Positions 60,074 to 64,000 of a stretch of 64,000 nucleotides of DNA are shown here, one piece after another. Position 1 is the stretch's first letter; each line of letters starts with the position of its first letter. Source of the DNA: Burkholderiales bacterium. GTDB lineage: Bacteria; Pseudomonadota; Gammaproteobacteria; Burkholderiales; SG8-41. The notes under the pieces are model-generated. The model made no database searches. It worked only from the letters and a program-made list of their open reading frames with translations, and had not been told where the DNA came from. The stretch spans positions 2,579 through 66,578 of the forward strand of contig JBFWOE010000002.1 of the NCBI GenBank assembly GCA_050250695.1, in the 5' to 3' direction. Both the position numbers and the translations under genes were made by a program.

Positions 60074-63000
60074 TTAATTCACGCTCTCCCGGATATAGAT
60101 GGTTTCATCACCGCGACGAATGCCAAAACGCGCCCGCGCCGCTGGATCCCGGGTTGCAGCGGCTCCACACCACTGCCCGCGCAGGTAACTCCTGTCCGCT
60201 CCGGTGGCTGCCGGCGCAAAAGCGGGACAGGCGTCCGCCGTACCGCCCGCGCCGAGATTCAATGCCACATCCACACTGCCGTTGTTGCCCACACCCGGCG
60301 CTCCCAGAGTGATCGTTCCCAGGCCCGACGCCAGCGGACTGGTCACCGCCGTCACCAGTGTCTCACCCACACCCAGATTGCCCAGGTGATTGCCCAGTCC
60401 GACATTCGTCGTATTCAACGTCGTGCAGCTGTCATCGGTGTTGGTCACGTAAAACGTGCCATTCCAGTACTGAGCCGTGAGCGGCAGCCGCAACGGCAAT
60501 ACCTGTGATCCACTGCTCCCGCCCAGCCGCAGGCGGCCGAAACGCATGGTCTTGCCGCCGGAAAACGCGAGGCCGTTGCCGGCACTGGCCTGTCCGAATC
60601 TCGCCGGATTTGTCGGAAACGCGACAGCGTCGGCGTCGATGACGTTGATCGCCAGCGAAACTTCGGCATCAAACGGCGCAACCGCCGCCGCACGATTGAA
60701 AAACAGGCCGGTCCCGGAATTGAATGTCAGGGTGGCAGTGCCGTTGCCGTTGTCGACAATCGACGGATCCGGAGCGGTTACCCCGCTGGCGTCCAGAGTG
60801 CCGGTGGCGGCCGTATAGGCTTTGCCGGTCAGGCTGGCATTGGTGAGCTTGAAAAACGCCTGGGCCGCCGGCGAGGTGCCTTTGTAATTGGATGTTGTCA
60901 GCACGCCGCCCTTGGCGCGTGCTGTCACCGTCAATACCGGCTCCATGCCGGTGTCGTAAACAAAAGGCTGGCCGATATAGGTGAATCCGCCGGGACCACA
61001 GGCAGCAGCAAACGCGGGCATGTTGGTACTGACGTCGAACTGGAAGGGCGTGAATCGCCCGATATTGCCCGTGGCGGTTCCTGTGACATCGCCGGCGCCG
61101 AGGTAATCACTGTCACCGATGCTCGGGGTAATCGTGATGATGCCGACCTCGCTCCATGTAACATTGTTCACCGGCGCCGCCCCGGCCGTGAATGCGCTGC
61201 CGGCAATGGTTCCGTTACCCAATCCCGGATCGGTGGTCAAGCCGAGCCCCGGCACCAGAGCGCTGGTCAGCTTCACGCCTTCGGCCGGCGTTTCCTTGCC
61301 GAAATTCGGTGTCGCCGCGTTCAGCGAATTCACTGCCGTCACCGTCAGCGCAATGTCATCCCCCGCCTTGATGAATACCGCGCCGCCGGCGTCGGCGGCT
61401 GCAGGATTGGCGAAGTTGTCGGCAGCGCGCCGGATGTTGGTCACCGTGAATCCTGCCGGCTTGACGACAAAATTCGACGACGCACCGGTCATGTAGTTGC
61501 CCGAACCGTTGATGTTGTAACGCGCATGCAGGCGCATCGCCCCGACGTCGGGATAGGAAAACGTGAAGTCCGCCGTCGAATTTGCGCCAAAAGTCAGCGT
61601 ACGTGCGGTCCATGAGCCGACGGCACCGCCGTCATTGGCCGCAATGACTCCCGAGCCGTTGTTGGTGAGCGTCACCTGTTCTCCGGCACAGATGCCCGGA
61701 TTCACGCATTCAGAAGCAAGCTCGATGTTGGGCACGTTGCCTGTGAACAGGCCGACGCAGGCCCCGGTGGAATTATCCGTGCGCACCGCCTGCACCGTAT
61801 GCGTGGCCGAGGTCGTGCCCGCGGTTTGCGCGGGAATCGCGCTGAACAGGAAACCCGTGTCCTTGAAATCGATGTCGCAGGTCTCGACCAGGCCGTTGAA
61901 GCACCGGGTTGATGACGCGGGTGCCGGTACAGTGCCGACCGTCGGCGCTCCCACCGTGACAACCCCGGCTGTGGTTCGGCGCAGATCGACAGTGGTCGAT
62001 CCGCTGAAATTGATGGTATCGCCGCCCACCCAACCCGTCGGCGTCAGTGTCGTAGTGACAATACCTGAATAGGTCGCGCTGCAGGCGGCATCGCTGCAAG
62101 CCTTAACGGTCACCGTTTCCGGAGCGCAGGTCAGTCCGATGCCGTCATGTTCGATGCGGATGTGGTCAAGCAGGGCGCAGGAGCGCGCGTCCTGGCGGAT
62201 CAGATTGATGCGCTGCTGGCTCAGTGGACGCTGGTAGACGCGAATCTCGTCCAGGTTGCCGCTGAAACCGAAGGCATTGGTGCCTTCGCCGGAGGCATTG
62301 GTTTCGCCGCCGATCGAGGCCGTGCCCGCATCGGATCCGGCGGTCCAGGTAAACGTCCCGGTGTTGGAGGTCACCAGTACGCCCGATGTGTCGTAGGCAT
62401 AAATCGTCGCTGAACTGGCGTTCACGCCTGCGGCCAGGCTGACGGACAGTGCGACAAACAGCCACTGGTTACTCGGTATGGGTACGGTATCGAGTATGTA
62501 AACACTGGGCTGACGGTAAAAAAAACGCAGCCCCCCGGCGCCGAATGCCGTGGTTTCACCGACGCTGAATCCCCAGCCGCCAGGACTGCTGTTGGTTTCA
62601 TCGTCGATCAGAATGCGCTGGCCGGGCAGCGTGCTGTTGGTGGTATTGATCCAGGCGGTGATCGTGAATCCGCCAGGTGCCGAAGCGAGGCTCGGATACC
62701 CGCCGGGCAAAGCCACGTAATCCTTGTTGGACCGGGTGAACACCCCGTACTGGCAGGTCCCAGGGCTGCCGGCAATCGCCGGGCTCAGGTTCGAGGTGGT
62801 CGGCCGCGTCACCAGCCCCGATGCAGTGCCGTGCATGCCGCCTGTTCCATGGTCAAGAACTTCACCGGGCGTGCCGTTCCAGCCGCCGGGCTGGTCCATG
62901 CGCCAGTGCGAGAACAGCACCGGCGTGGTCTCGCCGAGCACGTAATCGCCGGCCAGAGTTGCAGTCAGCAGCCCCGAGGCCTGCACGCTGCCGGCACCGG

Positions 63001-64000
63001 CCGTGCTGGAGGGATAGGTCCAGCCGGCGGCGTAACGCCCGGCAATAAATGCCGTCTGGTCGGTGCCGGCGTCGGCGTCGCCGGGCAGATAATTGAATGT
63101 CGCGATGGCCGACGCAAACGTGGTGCCGCTGTTGGCCAGCGTCCAGTAACGATTGACGTTGTAGGCGGATTCAATCGTCGAAGTACCGATATCCGGATGT
63201 TCGCCATCGGCCTGGGTTACCGAAACCGTCACGTCGCCGGCAGCGGATACAGTGGTGAAGGCAAGGCTGACCGGCCGGTACCCGGAAGCCGCATCGCCAA
63301 CGGGAAACAGGCAGCTTGGTGACCCGGCAGGCACGCGCAGCCGCAGCGGACCTGCGACATGGCCGGAGGTTCGCGACACACTGCCCGGACAGTTTCCGGT
63401 GACGATCATCACGTTGGCGCCGGTGGTGACTATGCCCGCGGTGAACGTCAATACGCCACTGGTCGTGGTGTTGACGCCGGACAATGTAACCCCCGCCGAA
63501 TTGATGGTCAGGTTGTTGAACGTCGAACCGGTCGTGCCGCCGATGACCTGTGCCGAGCCGCCGTTGAAAGTGAACAATCCGGTGGATGAAAATGCGGCGC
63601 CGTTGTTGCTGAAATTGCCGGCGATGGTATGGCTGGAAGCGCCGGCGCTGAACGTGGTGCCGTTGCCCAGGGTCAGGTCGCCGCCGATGGCCAGCGGCTG
63701 CGTTACCGTGACGGCGGCACTGCCGAAGGTCACCAGGTTGTGGAACGTGGTGCCGGCGCTGCCGCCGATGGTCTGGGCGCCTGCACCGTTGAACGTGAAC
63801 GTCCCGGTGGACGGATCGAACGTACCGCCATTGTTGGTGAAATTGCCGGCAAGGGTGTGGCTCAGCGCACCTGCATTCAGTGTGGTGCCGGCCGCCAGCG
63901 TCAGCGTGCCGCTGATCACCTGGGGCTGCGATAAAGTCACCGTTGTGGTCCCGCCGGTCGTGACGTTGTTGAATGTCGCGCCCGAACTGCCCCCGACCGC
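60074..64000 (-). CDS. mshQ: MshQ-like giant pilus-associated protein, 5' end outside the window (partial)
   Basis: The frame stays open to the window edge. The 'M' at 63940 is an internal GTG. N-terminal Thr/Gly/Asn-rich tandem repeats. LamG/concanavalin-like domain at about nt 62171-62923 (ends GNLDEIRVYQRPLS). Cys-containing C-terminal region of about 700 aa, ending FGIRRGDETIYIRESVN as in MshQ-family proteins. Confidence 0.7.
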   Translation of the reverse strand, partial: AVGGSSGATFNNVTTGGTTTVTLSQPQVISGTLTLAAGTTLNAGALSHTLAGNFTNNGGTFDPSTGTFTFNGAGAQTIGGSAGTTFHNLVTFGSAAVTVTQPLAIGGDLTLGNGTTFSAGASSHTIAGNFSNNGAAFSSTGLFTFNGGSAQVIGGTTGSTFNNLTINSAGVTLSGVNTTTSGVLTFTAGIVTTGANVMIVTGNCPGSVSRTSGHVAGPLRLRVPAGSPSCLFPVGDAASGYRPVSLAFTTVSAAGDVTVSVTQADGEHPDIGTSTIESAYNVNRYWTLANSGTTFASAIATFNYLPGDADAGTDQTAFIAGRYAAGWTYPSSTAGAGSVQASGLLTATLAGDYVLGETTPVLFSHWRMDQPGGWNGTPGEVLDHGTGGMHGTASGLVTRPTTSNLSPAIAGSPGTCQYGVFTRSNKDYVALPGGYPSLASAPGGFTITAWINTTNSTLPGQRILIDDETNSSPGGWGFSVGETTAFGAGGLRFFYRQPSVYILDTVPIPSNQWLFVALSVSLAAGVNASSATIYAYDTSGVLVTSNTGTFTWTAGSDAGTASIGGETNASGEGTNAFGFSGNLDEIRVYQRPLSQQRINLIRQDARSCALLDHIRIEHDGIGLTCAPETVTVKACSDAACSATYSGIVTTTLTPTGWVGGDTINFSGSTTVDLRRTTAGVVTVGAPTVGTVPAPASSTRCFNGLVETCDIDFKDTGFLFSAIPAQTAGTTSATHTVQAVRTDNSTGACVGLFTGNVPNIELASECVNPGICAGEQVTLTNNGSGVIAANDGGAVGSWTARTLTFGANSTADFTFSYPDVGAMRLHARYNINGSGNYMTGASSNFVVKPAGFTVTNIRRAADNFANPAAADAGGAVFIKAGDDIALTVTAVNSLNAATPNFGKETPAEGVKLTSALVPGLGLTTDPGLGNGTIAGSAFTAGAAPVNNVTWSEVGIITITPSIGDSDYLGAGDVTGTATGNIGRFTPFQFDVSTNMPAFAAACGPGGFTYIGQPFVYDTGMEPVLTVTARAKGGVLTTSNYKGTSPAAQAFFKLTNASLTGKAYTAATGTLDASGVTAPDPSIVDNGNGTATLTFNSGTGLFFNRAAAVAPFDAEVSLAINVIDADAVAFPTNPARFGQASAGNGLAFSGGKTMRFGRLRLGGSSGSQVLPLRLPLTAQYWNGTFYVTNTDDSCTTLNTTNVGLGNHLGNLGVGETLVTAVTSPLASGLGTITLGAPGVGNNGSVDVALNLGAGGTADACPAFAPAATGADRSYLRGQWCGAAATRDPAARARFGIRRGDETIYIRESVN
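63488..64000 (-). repeat. intragenic tandem repeat (about 222-234 nt units) within mshQ-like gene, continues beyond window
   Basis: There are two full units plus a partial one. For example, GAAATTGCCGGC(G/A)A(T/G)GGT(A/G)TGGCT... recurs at about 63610 and about 63840. The protein units have the pattern TVT.P..I.G.LTL..GTT..AGA.SHT.AGNF.NNG..F...G.FTFNG..AQ.IGG..G.TF.NL. Confidence 0.7.

Overview
GC-rich, tightly packed chromosomal core region. Most intergenic gaps are under 150 nt, and many stop/start codons overlap by 1-4 nt. The synteny looks betaproteobacterial, but that taxonomic call is inference from gene order only. I found no rRNA, CRISPR array, transposase, integrase, prophage or recognisable defence genes.

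Gene content from left to right:
- metC, an alpha/beta hydrolase, trmO, tRNA-Lys and a YeeE-family transporter.
- A long minus-strand array: yebC-ruvC-(glycosyltransferase)-ruvA-ruvB-ybgC-tolQRAB-pal-cpoB-queE-queC.
- A DUF853 ATPase, a DMT transporter and an ankyrin-repeat lipoprotein.
- TPR-lolB-ispE-tRNA-Gln-prs-rplY-pth-ychF.
- A four-gene ABC-2/GldG-like/DUF4340 module.
- mutM, a ferredoxin, coaD, rsmD and two M16 peptidases.
- ftsYEX and rpoH.
- A complete aa3-type cytochrome c oxidase structural and assembly cluster.
- bioBFHCD and comF.
- At the right end, an MSHA-type type IV pilus biogenesis operon (mshI to mshN). It is preceded by a very large MshQ-like gene that runs off the window edge.

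Observations most worth a second look:
1. The MshQ-like protein (more than 1,300 aa) carries an N-terminal tandem-repeat extension.
2. The MSHA gene order is non-Vibrio, and no mshE/G/F follow mshN.
3. A GT-B glycosyltransferase is translationally coupled between ruvC and ruvA.
4. The ABC/GldG/DUF4340 module is uncharacterised.

I cannot point to a clearly novel multi-gene system. All functional calls rest on motif and family recognition by eye, not on database searches.
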